Shown piece by piece: positions 22,909-38,129 of a DNA stretch of 64,000 nt. The position numbers were made by a program, and so were the translations under genes. How positions within the stretch are numbered: position 1 is the stretch's first letter; each line of letters opens with the position of its first letter. Source of the stretch: the human T2T-CHM13v2.0 reference genome, Homo sapiens; assembly GCF_009914755.1 (NCBI RefSeq), contig NC_060939.1; one strand, written 5' to 3'. Under the pieces are notes generated by a model. The model had not been told where the DNA came from, did no database searches, and worked only from the letters and a program-made list of their open reading frames with translations.

Positions 22909-23943
22909 TAATGTATTATAAGCGTGAGCCACCACGTCCAGCTGCAATTTTTTTTTTTTTTTTTGAGTACACAATTTTACTCTGTTCCCCAAGCTGAAGT
23001 ACAGTAGCATGATCTTGGCTCACTGCAACCTCCGCCTCCCAGGTTCAAGCAATTCTCCTGCCTCAGCCTCCTGAGTAGCTGGGACTGCAGGCATGCACCA
23101 CCACACCTGGCTAATTTTTGTATTTTTATTTATTTATTTATTTTTATTTTTTATTTTTTTGAGATAGAGTCTCTGTCGCCCAGGCTGGAGTGCAGTGGTG
23201 CAATCTCCACTCACTGCAAACTCCGCCTCCTGGATTCAAGCAATTCTCCTGCTTCAGCCTCCTGAGTAGCTGGGTTTACAGGCACCCACCACCATACCAG
23301 GCTAATTTTTTGTGTGTATTTTTAGTACAGATGAGGTTTCACCACGTTGGCCAGGCCGGTCTCAGACTCCTGACCTCAGGTGATCCACCTGCCTCGGCCT
23401 CCCAAAGTGCTGAGATTACAGGTGTGAGCCACCACGCCAGGCCTCCAGCTGCAATTTTTGACAAACTTAAAGATTTACATTTTAAATGCAAAATAACCAC
23501 GGATTAGCAAGAGAGTTCTTATTTATCCGGATGGCAAGAAAACATGACACAAGAAATCTCCCACTTTTGAAACAGGAGGGTCAAGTTGGGTCTTACCTGA
23601 TAGTTTGTCTCAAGCTAATTAATTGGCAAAGATGTTCATTGTTTAGCATCTAAGTTATAAACGTCATTATAAACATTCTGTATTTTCCATTTTCTATCAG
23701 TCGGAAAAAGAAATTAAGTCCTAGTGTCTGCTAGGGTTTAAGTCCCTTTAGCTAAAGTCAATTCTCTTCTTAAAAGGAAACTTACACCCCATATTTTCTT
23801 TCTCAAAGGGAGGGCCTTATGTTATGTTTTCACTATAATCCAGAAAAAAGTGGGCATCTTCTGGTTAAAATAGGGACAGAAGTGACCTCTCTTTCTCCCT
23901 GGTGGCCATTACAATCCCCGCCCCTCCAAAAGTGGTCTCTGGG

Positions 23944-24274
23944 TGTCTTAGTCTGTTTGAGCTGCCATAACAAAATATCATAGCGAGTGACTCATAGACA
24001 ACAGAAATTTCTCACAGTTCTGGAGGCTGGAACTTCAGTAGATTCGGTGCTTTTGGTCCATAGACACTGTGTCTTCTTGCTGTGTCTTCCTATGGCTGAA
24101 GGGCAGGTGAGTTCTCTGGGGCCTCTTTTATCAGGGCGTTAAGTCCCTTTCATGAAGACTCTGCCCTCATGACCTAACTACTTCCCAAAGACCTCACTTC
24201 TAAATACCATAACATTGGGAATTAAGCTTCAACATATGAATGTTTAGGGTGACACAAACATTCAACCTATAGCA
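23944..24274 (-). mobile_element. MLT1-family MaLR LTR
   Basis: TGTCTTAGTCTGTTTGAGCTGCCATAACAAAAT...GACACAAACATTCAACCTATAGCA. Confidence 0.75.
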
Positions 24275-24936
24275 CAGGAGCATAACCAAGGGCCCCACAG
24301 AGGGCAGTTTCAAAGCCTCCAATCTCTTGAGTCTCTGCAGCCAACAGTCCTCAGCTCAAAGGGCAGGGGTCCATGGACCACCAACATCCTTCCCATCCCT
24401 GACTCCCTCCACAGACCTTCAGGCAAACCAGAAACCAAAGGCCGCCTACTGGCTGTGTGATCTCGGGCAAGGTCCCTAACTTTGGGACACCTCTGTTTTC
24501 CTCTCAATAAAACATAAAATTAATTTTCCTGCCTGAAAATTAATAATAGGAAGTGTTTGTTGAACCCTTACTTTTATGGCAGGCCATTTACATGGGTTAT
24601 GTCTCTTAAGTATAAGAAGGACCCTATGAAGAAAGTACTGCGATTTTAATTTTACAAATGGGGAAACTGAAGCACAGGGAGTTAAGTAACTTACCTAAGG
24701 TTGCACAGGAAACGGTGAAGCAGTCTTTGAACGCAGGTGTTTTGAAAGCAGCACTTGGGCCCTTACCTGCTTTGCTGGGATTTCTCAGATGGCTGAGCTG
24801 AGGGTGAATGAGATGAGACAGGCAGGCGAGGTGACCAGCATAGGTTTGGTTCAGAGTAGGGGAGAGATTCCCTGCTTCTCAGGGTTTGCATGTGTTAGTT
24901 GGGTACTGTGAGGGTTAATTTTAGGTGTCAACTTGG

Positions 24937-25348
24937 CAGGGGACATGTTCCAAGACGTTCCAAGTGAAGGCCTGAACTGCATATAGTACTAGACTCCAGA
25001 GATGGTAGGTTTTTCCGATCTGATACTCAAGATGGCTACCTATAGCACTAGACTCCAGAGACGGTAGGTTTTTCCGATCTGATACCCAAGATGGCTACTA
25101 GGTGACCAGAGGGGCAGGTAGCTGTACTCAGTGAATACACTAGACAAAGGGTGATTCACAGGGATTCACTGCCCAGGCCCGATGGAGTGGGATGGTGTGA
25201 GATTTCACCGTGCCACTCGAACTTTGCACTATTTAAAACTTAAGAATTCTTTCTGGAATTTTCTATTTAATATTTTTAGACTGCCATTGACGTCAGGTAA
25301 CTAAAACTATGGAAGGCAAAACCTTGGATGATGTGGGGAGCACTCTAC
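24937..25348 (-). mobile_element. MER44 / Tigger7-like DNA transposon inserted in the ERV-L 5' LTR
   Basis: Recognisable segments GGGGACATGTTCCAAGAC and TTTCTGGAATTTTCTATTTAATATTTTTAGAC...GCAAAACCTTGGAT; MLT2 sequence resumes near 25350. Confidence 0.65.
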
Positions 25349-26669
25349 CTTGAGAACTGGTAAAGCATTATTTTGGGGTACACCTGGGAGGGTGTTTTCA
25401 GGGGAGATTGGCTTGTGAGTCGGTGGACTGCGCGGGGAAAATTTGCCCGTAATGTGGGTGGGCACCATCCAATTAGCATCCCCACCCACAATGGTATGGC
25501 CTTCCCACCTCTGTCTGCGGGTAAACTCTGCTCGCCTGAGGAACCAGAAATGTCCTCTCCAAGGCAGTTGCCAAGAAAGATAATTCTGATTCTCCTCAGG
25601 ACCCACACATATCACTCCACTTTGCTTCTAGACCTGCAACCAGGCGTGAGTCCCAGCAGGCCCCTGAAGGTGAGGCCCAAAATGTGACCCACGAGGAGCT
25701 GTACTACCCTCCACAAGAACCAAATCCAGAGAACATGTGTGGGGATGGCTATCAGGGTGTGGGATAATGTGGAAGGAACATCAAGTTGGATCAGGCCGAA
25801 TTTATTGCTGTGGGCACACTAAACAGAGATTCTGCATGTAATGTTCCAGTGTGGGGAGTTAAGAAAAGTACTAACACTTTGGTTGGTTGGCTGAAACATG
25901 AATCAAAACATGGGCCACTATTAACAAGTTGGAGGTGTTCGATCTCCCTTAGTTTATTTTTATTTTTTTTTTTATTTTTTGAGACGGAGTTTCACTCTTG
26001 TTGCCCAGGCTGGAGTGCAATCGCATGGTCTCAGCTCACTGAAACCTCTGCCTCCTGGGTTCAAGCCATTCTCCTGCCTCAGCCTCCTGAGTAGCTGGGA
26101 TTACAGGTGCCCACCACCACACCCGGCTAATTTTTGTATTTTTAGAAGAGATGGGGTTTCACCATGTTGGCCAGGCTGGTCTCGAACTCCTGACCTCAAG
26201 TGATCGGCCCGCCTTGGCCTCCCAAAGTGTTGGGATTACAGGCGTGAGCCACGGTGCCCAGCCTTCCCTTAGTTTCAAGCAGAGGAAGGGATCCACAGGC
26301 TTAGGGAGATTGGAAGGCTAGAGTGGATTTTTCACTTAAGACTTACTCATCCTAAAGAGCTCTGATTGCTCATTTCTGTAGGCCAGACTTTACAATGGGA
26401 AAAGCAGTCGCTTAATTGGAAAAGTTAAATGCAGTGGGAATAACTGGATCCCAGGGTAGCAGGGGCCGCGTGGCGGCACTCAGCTCCAACGGCAAAGTGG
26501 GTATAGTTATGGTTGTGGGCAGCAGAGGCAGAGAACCAATCAGAATCGTCTGTCTCGTGCAGATCTATGGCATTGGCTGGTCTAGAAGTGAAATAGAAAG
26601 TCTACTACGATCTTACTTGATCTGTATAAGCAGACAACTTCCAGACCAAGTCAACAAAGGCCTAATTCA

Positions 26670-27059
<390 letters not shown>

Positions 27060-27248
27060 TCAATTCCCAGACATGAGCCAGTTTATAGACCCAAAAACCC
27101 TTGAATATAGGGGAGGCTGGGTTCCCTCAGGGAGGGGGACACTACTGAAAATTTATACTATTACTCTTTCTCCCAGGCTTCGCCAAAGGGATCTGTGACC
27201 CAGGGTAACTGTGCTTTAGGAAAAGGAAGTAATCAGAGGTTTCATGGA

Positions 27249-30200
27249 CTGCTAGACACCGGCTCTGTGCTGACATTGATTCCAGGAGGCCCGAAATGTT
27301 ACTGTGGCCCTCTAGTCAGAGGCGAGGCTCATAGAGGTGAGCTGATCAGTGGAGTTTTAGCTCGGGTCTGACTCATGGTGGGTCCAAGGGAATAGACATA
27401 CTTAGAGGCTGGGAGAATCCCCACATTGCTTCCCTAACCTGTGAAGGGAGGGCTATTATGGTGGAAATGGCCAAATGAAAGCCATTAGAGCTGTCTCTAC
27501 CTAGAAACATAATAAATCAAAAACAATATCCCATCCCTGAAGGGATTGCAGAGATTAGTGCTGCTATCAAGGACTTGAAGACACAGGGGTGGAGATTCCT
27601 ACCACATCCCCATTCGGCTTATGTATTTGGCCTGTGCCAAAGACAGATGGATCCTGAAGAATCCAGAAGACAGTGGATTATCACAAGCTTAACCAAGTGG
27701 TGACTCTAATTGCAGCTGCTGTACCAGATGTGGTTACATTGCTTGAGCAAAATAACACATCTTCTGGTACCTGGTATGCTGCCACGGATCAGGCAAATGC
27801 CTTTTTCTCCAACCCTGTCTATAAAGCCCACCAGAAGCAACTTGCTCTCAGCTGGCAAGGCCAACAATACACCTTCACCGTCCTACCTCAGGGGTATATA
27901 AACTCTCCAGCCCTTTGTCGCGATTTAGTTTGCAGGGCACTTGATCACCTTATCTTTCCACAAGAGATCATGCTGGCCCATTACATTGATGGTGTTATGC
28001 TGATTGGACCTAGTGAAGTAGCAACCACTCTGGGCTTATTTGTAAGACATTTGCTTACATAGAGGGTGAGAAATCTGACAAAATTCAGGGGCCTTCTACC
28101 TCGGTGTAATTTCTAGGGATCCAGTGGTGTGGGTGGGGTATCTTGAGATATCCCTTCTATAAGATGAGGGATAAGTTGTTGCATTTGGCCCCTCCTACAA
28201 CCAAGAAAGAAGCGCATGAACACCTTGGGCTTGTTTGGATTTTAGGGACACACATTCCTCATTTGGGTGTGTTACTCTAGCCCATCTACCAAGTGACCTG
28301 AAAAGCTGCTAGTTGTGAGTGGATCCTAGAACAGGAGAAGGCTCTGCAACAGGTCCAGGCTGCTATGCAAGCTGCTCTGCCACTTGGGTCATATGACCCA
28401 GCAGATCCATTGGTGCTTGATGTGTCAGTGGCAGATAAGGATGCTATCTGGAGTCTTTGGCAGGCCCCTATAGGTGAACTGCAGCAGATGCCCTTAGAGG
28501 GCCTTTTGGAGCAAGGCCTTGCCGTCATCAACAGATAAATACCCTCCTTTTGGGAGGCAGCTCTTGGCCTTAGTAGGACTGGGCCTTAGTAGAAACTGAA
28601 TGCTTGACCATGGACCACCAATTTACCACATGACCTGAGCTGCGTATCATGAACTGAATGTTATCTGATCCACCAAGCCATAAAGTTGGGCATGCACAGC
28701 AGCATTCCATCATCAAATGGAAGTGGTTTATACGTGATCAGGCCTGAACAGATCCTGAAGACACAAGTAAGTTATATGAAGAAGTGACACAAATGCCCAT
28801 GGTTTCTACTCCTGCTACTCTGCCTTCTCTCTTCCAGCCTGCACCTATGGCCTCATGGGAAATGCCCTATGATCAGTTGACAGAGGAAGAGAAAACTGGG
28901 GCCTGCCGTCCAGATGGATCTGCGTGATATGCAGGCTACCTGAAAATGGACAGCTGCAGCGCTATGGCCCTTCTATGAGGCATCCTTGAAGGACAGTAGT
29001 GAAGGGAACTCTTCTCAGTTGGCAGAAATTCGAGCAGGGCACCTGGTCATGCACTTTGCTTGGAAGCAGAAATGGCCAGATGTATATAGTTTACTGATTC
29101 ATGGGCTGTAGCCAATGGTTTGGCTGGATGGTCAGGAATATGGAAGAAACATGACTGGAAAATTGGTGACAAGGAAATTTGGGGAAGAGGTATGTGGATG
29201 GACCTCTCTGATTGGGCAAAAGAGGTGAAGATATTTGTGTCTCATGTTAGCAGTCACCAAAGAGTGACCTCGTCAGAGGAGGACTTTAATAATCAAGTGG
29301 ATAGAATGACCTGTTCTGTAGATGCCAGTCAGCCTCTTTCACCACCCATCCCTGTCTTCATCCCAGAGTCTCATGAATAAAGTGGCCATGGTGGCAGGGA
29401 TGGAGGTTATGCACTGGCTCAGCAACATTGACTTCCACTCACTGAGGCCAACCTGGCTACAACCACTGCTGAGTGCCCATTCTGCCAGCAGCAGAGACCA
29501 ACACTGGTGTCCCTGATGTGGCACCATTACCTGGGGCGATCAGCCAGCTACCTGGTGGCAAGTTGCTTACACTGGACCCCTTCCATCATGGAAGAGGCAG
29601 TGTTTTTTCCTTACTGGAATACATATTTAATCTGAATATGGATTTGTCTCCCCTGAATGTGATACTTCTGTCAAAACTACCATCCATGGATTCATAGAAT
29701 GCTTTATTCATTGCCATGGTATTCATACAATATTGCTTTTGACAAAGAAACTCATTTTACAGCCAAAGAAGTGTGACAATGGGCCCATGCTCATGGAATT
29801 CACTGGTCTTACCATGTTCCCGTTATTCCGAAGCAGCTGGCTTGACAGAACAGTAGAATGGCCTTTTGAAGTCATAATTACAGAGCCAGCTAGGTGGCAA
29901 TACCTTGCAGGGCTGGGGCAAGGTTGTCCAGAAGGCTGTACATGCTCTGAATCAGCGTTCAATATGTGGTACTATTTCTCCCACAGCCAGGATTCACAGG
30001 TGCAGGAATCAAAGGGTAGAAATGGAGGGAGGTGGGGGGCACCACTCACCCTTATCCCTAGTGACCCACAAACAAAATTTTTGCTTCCTGTTTCCAAGAA
30101 GACTTGATGCTCTGCTGGTCTAAAGGTCTTAGTTCCAGAGGGGAGAATGCTTCCACCAGGAGACACAACAATGATTCCACTGAGCTGGAAGTTAAGACTG

Positions 30201-30416
30201 CCACCCAGCCACTTTGGGCTTCTTGTGCCTCTGAATCAACAGGCTAAGAAGGGAGTGATGGTTTGGGCTGGGATGACTGATGTGGATGACCAGGAGGAAA
30301 TTGCACTCCTACCCGACAACGGGAGTGAGGAAGAGTATGTCTGGAATACAGGAAAGCTCTTTGGGCCTCTCTTAGAATTATCCTGCTCTGTGATTAAGGT
30401 CAATGGGAAACTATGA
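27249..30416 (+). pseudogene. ERV-L pro/pol/dUTPase pseudogene
   Basis: LLDTGS (27249-27266); RT DYHKLN...LPQGYINSP...HYIDG (27673-28062); RNase H WKKHDWKIGDKEIWG (29120-29380); integrase zinc finger CPFC near 29474; dUTPase LPPGDTTMIPLSWKLRLPPSHFGLL (30147-30416); many stops and frameshifts. Confidence 0.88.
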
Positions 30417-30976
30417 CAACCCAATCTAGGCAGTACTAACAAATGGCCCAGACCCTTCAGGAATTAAGGTTTAGGCCAACCCACTAAGTAAAGAACCATG
30501 ACCAACTAAGGTGCTTACTGAAGGCAAAGAGAATGCAGATGGGTAGTAGAAGAAGATAGTTATCAATACCAGCTACAAACATGATCAGTTACAGAACCAA
30601 GGACTGTAATTGTCATGAGTATTTCCTCCTTGTTTTGTTAAGAATATGTTTGCATGTATATATACATATATTAACAAATATCCTTGTGCTTCTCTTATTT
30701 CTTCATCACGTAATATAAGATTTATTGACCTTGTATCAGTAGTTAAGTATTATTAATGTTATATCATACTATTTAAGTTATGAGATATCAAGAGAAGAAT
30801 AAACATTACCCAAGAACTTTACCTCCTCTTCTGTGGAAGGGATGAGTGCATTTTGGGTTGTATGCAGGATAATTGTATCATGTTTTGCAGAACTATCTTA
30901 TTGTTATTGTTTTTATTTGGAGATTAAATATGATTTAGGAGATGCAGATGGGTGCCAAGTTGACAGGGGGTAGACT

Positions 30977-32091
<1,115 letters not shown>

Positions 32092-32759
32092 TGAAATGAA
32101 GGACTAGAATGATATAAAGCATGACTACTCCCCTGTATTCTGCGTATCACAAACTTAAACAATTTTTATATCAGTTAAATTCTCAGCTTTTCCTTAAATC
32201 TGCGGCAGCCCACAGAGAATAATCAGCTATTCACTTATCCCTTATCCTTTCTTTCTTAAGCTATTCACTTATCCCTGATTAAAATGCAGTAAGCAGTGAA
32301 TGAATGAAGAAATTAATGAATCCTACACTACTTTGTATTACCCCTTATTTTTGCATGGCTAATATGGTCATCCTACCTAAATAGTGTGAGAGTAGAGACT
32401 GTGTCTTTCTTTTTCTTCCCATGATATTGAGTCAAAGCCAGAGATAACTAAGGGACCTAGGTAGGCAGGTCTGTGGAGACCCAACCTTGATTTCTATTGT
32501 TGTCTGAGGCTTCTCTGGTGTGTTTGAGTTTCCCTATTACTGGACATTTGCCTCTTGTCCTGCCATTAGGTGAATTGGTGGTGCTTCTATGAGTGTGCAC
32601 GGCTTGGTGATTTAGCCATGAAAAACTAAGTGTACTATGGCTCATTTACATCAGTACTGTATTTTTTGCAAAGTATTAACTTTTATTTTTTCACCTGGGC
32701 AAAATGTATGTGAGCTTAAAAAAATTATTTTCTTTATTATTCTATAATTTTGAAATTGT

Positions 32760-33990
<1,231 letters not shown>

Positions 33991-35050
33991 GTTTTTAAGA
34001 AAGAAGCATATTTACGATGGTGAAATAAACAGATTGTGTTTTGCTGCATAGTTTCAGATAACACTTAGAACATAAATATAAGAAGAAGCAAAAGTAAACG
34101 AACCACAAAAATAAAAACAAAACAACTTCAAGTTCAAACTATGAGCATCATTGCTTCATTAAATAATCATTTGCTGAGGGCCCAGGGTGGACCATGCATA
34201 CACCCCGAGTTTCCAGCCAGCCATGGGAGGCTTCTTCCTGAAGGGGCAGACGAGGCCTAGGGAGTTAGCTGTGACTGTAGGTACGATGTGGTTGGTGCTG
34301 CAGGTACATACAAGCAAGGTCTCTGGGTCTTCAGAGGCAGGGAAAGAACACCTCTGACTGATGAGGACTATGAGGAGGGCTCTCAGGAGGTGGTAGACTT
34401 TGGCCCAGTGATGATAGGGGTAAAGGAGGAAATTTACTATGGTAAATTCCCAACTCTGCTCTTCTTTGCTAAATCCAAGGTGTATTTTTCTGTTTCTTGG
34501 ACCTGTTGCAAGGGCTCTGGGTCTCTGTGGTGCACATTACTCACAGCTCTTAAGTGGTCTTCATCCTGCATTTAAGCAATCTTGTTACTTACTCTTGAGT
34601 TGCTCTGTCTCCAACAAGTGCCTTGGATTTATTTGCTTGGCATGGTTCTTTTGTGTGTCTCAGGGCAACCAAGCTCTGGTCAGCTTTCTGGAAGAGTTGA
34701 GTTGCTTCTCTTGCTGTGATCTGAGGCAGCTCCTGACCCTCTTCCACCCACTGGCTGGACACAGACTTAAGATCCCACTGTCCATCCAGGGGCAGCCTCT
34801 GGTGGAGTGGAGAGTGAGCAGCCCAGCTCCCTGCTGCGGTGCGGCCTTGGGAAAGTTATTCCGCCCCTCCCACCTTCATGTGTAACATGAGAAGACTGGG
34901 TGACCTCTAAGGCCCTTTTCTTTTCAGCTCTGTGGCATTTTTTTTTTTTTTTTTTTTTTTTTTGAGACAGATTCTTGCTGTGTTGCTCTGGCTGGAGTGC
35001 AGTGGCATGATCATGGCTCACAGCAGCCTTGACCTCCTGGGCTGAAGTGA

Positions 35051-35230
<180 letters not shown>

Positions 35231-35253
35231 TAGCTCTGCAATTTTATGATCAC

Positions 35254-35609
35254 TGTCTTAGTCCATTTGGCATGCTATCACAAAATATCTAAGACTGGGT
35301 AATTTATAAACAACAGAAATTTATTGCTAATGGTTCTGGAGGCTGGGAAGTCCAAGGTCACAGTGCCAGCAGATTCCCCGTCTGGTGAGGGCCCATTCCT
35401 CATAGATGTCTCCTTCTATGTGTCTTCACATGGTGGAAGGGGCGAACAAGCTCCCTCACACCTCTTTTCTATGAGCACTAATCCCACTCGTAAGGGCAGA
35501 GCCTTCATGACCTAGTCACCTCCCAAAAGCCCTGCTCCTTGTCACCACATTGGAGATTAGGTTTTGACACATGAATTTTGGGGAGACACAAACATTCAGA
35601 CCATAGTAA
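35254..35609 (-). mobile_element. MLT1/MST-family MaLR LTR
   Basis: TGTCTTAGTCCATTTGG...CTGGAGGCTGGGAAGTCCAAG...ACACAAACATTCAGACCATAG. Confidence 0.75.
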
Positions 35610-35622
35610 TTGCCCATATTAT

Positions 35623-36084
35623 TGTCACAGGATGAGCCGCAGACAAAACTCCTCAGACACCGAGTTAAAGACGGAAGCGGTTTATTTGGCCGGGGGGCAT
35701 CAGCAAGACTCCTGTCTCAAGGGCCGAGCTCCCCAAGTGAGCAATTCCTGTCCCTTTTAAGGGCTCACAACTCTAAGGGGGTGCGTGTGAGAGGGTCGTG
35801 ATTGATTGATCAAGCAGGGGGTATGTAACTGGGGGTTGCATGCACTGGTAATTAGATGGGAACAAAACAGGATATGGATTTTCGCAGTGCTTTTCTATAC
35901 AATGTCTGTAATCTATAGATAACATAACTGATTAGATCAGGGGTCAATCTTTAACTACCAGGCCCAGGGTGTGGTGCCGGCTGTCTGCTTGTGGATTTCA
36001 TTTCTGCCTTTTAGATTTTACTTTTTCTTTCTTTGGAGGCAGAAATTGGGCATAAGACAATATGAGGGGCGGTCTCCTCCCTTA
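35623..36084 (-). mobile_element. Solo LTR2 (HERV-E/Harlequin)
   Basis: Minus strand begins TAAGGGAGGAGACCGCCCCTCATATTGTCTTATGCCCAATTTC and ends in ACA; 462 bp; 4-bp TSD TTAT (35619-35622 and 36085-36088). Confidence 0.88.
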
Positions 36085-36119
36085 TTATTAATTACCTCCC
36101 TCCAGCACTCTTGGAGTGG

Positions 36120-36130
36120 ATGACTCAGCA
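36120..36130 (+). promoter_or_regulatory. Consensus ARE/NF-E2 element with embedded AP-1 site
   Basis: ATGACTCAGCA matches RTGACTCAGCA exactly; motif match only, function untested. Confidence 0.4.
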
Positions 36131-36279
36131 GTCTGATCGTTTTGCTGTTTTTAAGGAAGCTTGATCTTGTGCCATCATGTGTAGCAAGTATATGTTCAAT
36201 AGTTGAACAAGCTGACTGTCCTGACCCAGCTGGAGTTAGGCTGAAACTGACTGGATTTCTTCATGCTGTCCTCTTTCAG

Positions 36280-36394
36280 GGAAGCGGCACAGCACCAGCT
36301 AGGCAGAGACGCCCCAGGCCATGTTAGAGCTTTGAGTGAGGCCTGGTAACAGGGAGGCGCTGTCACCTACTGGCCTTGCCAATCCAGCTCCAAG
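36280..36394 (+). other. PAQR5: 5'UTR part of the PAQR5 start-codon exon
   Basis: Acceptor tgctgtcctctttcAG|G with AG at 36278-36279; whole exon 36280-36445 is 166 nt. Confidence 0.8.
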
Positions 36395-36445
36395 ATGCTG
36401 AGCCTGAAGCTCCCCAGGCTGTTTAGCATAGACCAGATACCCCAG
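36395..36445 (+). CDS. PAQR5: PAQR5 first coding exon, coding part (MLSLKLPRLFSIDQIPQ)
   Basis: ATG at 36395 in context caagATGc (A at -3); 17 codons then CAG|GTATGT donor (phase 0); joins in frame to the exon at 56164; peptide recognised as the mPR-gamma N-terminus. Confidence 0.93.
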
Positions 36446-37772
36446 GTATGTGCTCTATTGATTATGATGGTTCATTTCCAGAGTGTGACCAGGGCTTGGC
36501 CTCCGCAATGGGGGGCTGTTGTCTTCACCTAGTCTGTTCTGTACAGGCCCATTCCCTTCAAGGACCCCTTCCCACACTTCCTTGGGGGATATTACAGCCT
36601 CCTACTTCCCCCACCTACCTTGAAATGGAAGTATTCCCAAAGTTGTTTAAGTTGTAACCCTTCCTTGCAACATCTGTGTGTTATCCAGAAGCAAAGTCAT
36701 TACTGAGATTCAACCTGAAGAGATAAAGCCAGCAGCAGCTGGCTGGGTAGGAAGTTTATTTTTTCAGGCCCCTCCTATGGGTGCTTGAAAGCAGGCAATG
36801 GGCAAAGGCACACCAGGTCATGGCTTTGCTCATCCCCATTACTTGCAGGATGCCCAGGCCAGGCCTTCACTGGGGTGATGGGGAGGGTTGTTGAATGAGC
36901 CTTAGCATTGCCCTTTAGTGGACCCATGGGCCTGGGAGCTCACAGGCAGGTACCCTGAAATATGTGAGACTCACTGATGATCTGCTTTACTAAGCCATAG
37001 GTGAGCCTGGTTGTGTGCTACGGAGAACTGGTGCACTTCCTCCTTCTCTTGCAAAGGAAACATCATTGTGTTGCACCCCTTTGTTGATGTCAAATTTCCT
37101 TCCTTTTTGACTAAGAAAAGTGGGTGTCATTTCATGGTGGGAAGTTTCTTTGGGAAGATGTGACAGAGTGGAGGAGAGTTCTACTTGGCTTGGCTGATTG
37201 CCAAGCACTTATGACTTGCCCCAGAAAAGTAAGTTTGAAATAAACTCAACATCACCAATGGAAGGTTGAGGGGGAAACTGCCAAACCCTAACCCTAAAAG
37301 CCTGTGAAGCCAGGTGATTCCAGGAAGATGGCATGGGGGAAAACCATAAGTGGTGCAGAGCTGTTTGGTGGGGTGAGCTGAGGAATGTGGCAAGTAATAG
37401 GCAAGCTACACGTGTGGCTGTCTCCCATGACACTGGGCAGAGCACCTGCCTCTGTTCTCACAGGGCAATCACCTTCTCCTTTTGGTGCACTTTGCTGGTT
37501 GGTTCTACCCATAGAGCATTAGCAGCTGTGATTAGTGGGAACACAGTGTGATTCTTGAATTTATTTACTCATGAAATTTGTATTGACTGCCTACTATGTT
37601 CAAGGGATTCAGAGAATAATTACATACAAATCCTGTCCTTGCGTGACTCATATGTTGGTCAGGAAGATTTTTAAATGTGCATGAGGAATTCTTTTCTAAA
37701 GTGGGTTAGGGTCTATCTTAAGACAGGGTGATTGTTTCAGAGAAGGGATTGGTCACTTCCATCACGAGGGAG

Positions 37773-38129
37773 TGTATTAGTCCATTCTCACACTGCTATA
37801 AAGAACTGCCTGAAACCTGGTAATTTATAAAGAAAAGAGGTCTAATTGACTCACAGTTCCTCACGGCTGTGGAGGCCTCAGGTAACTTACAATCATGAGG
37901 CAAGAGGCACGTCTTACATGACAGTAGGCAAGAGAGAGCATGATGTGAAGGAGGAACTGTCAGACACTTATGAAACCATCAGGTCTCAAGAGAACTCACT
38001 CACAGTTTGGGGGACAACACCCCCATGATCCAATCACCTCCCACCAGGTTCCTCCCTTGACATGTGGGAATTATAGGGATTACAATTTCAGATGAGATTT
38101 GAATGGGGACACAGAGCCAAATTATATCA
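37773..38129 (-). mobile_element. MaLR solo LTR (THE1D/MST-like)
   Basis: TGTATTAGTCCATTCTCACACTGCTATAAAG...CCAAATTATATCA with 5-bp TSD GGGAG on both sides. Confidence 0.85.

Noticed and set aside
27673-28062. Domesticated or active reverse transcriptase
   Set aside because: Only 129 aa, catalytic YIDD reads YIDG, and flanking pol has stops and frameshifts.
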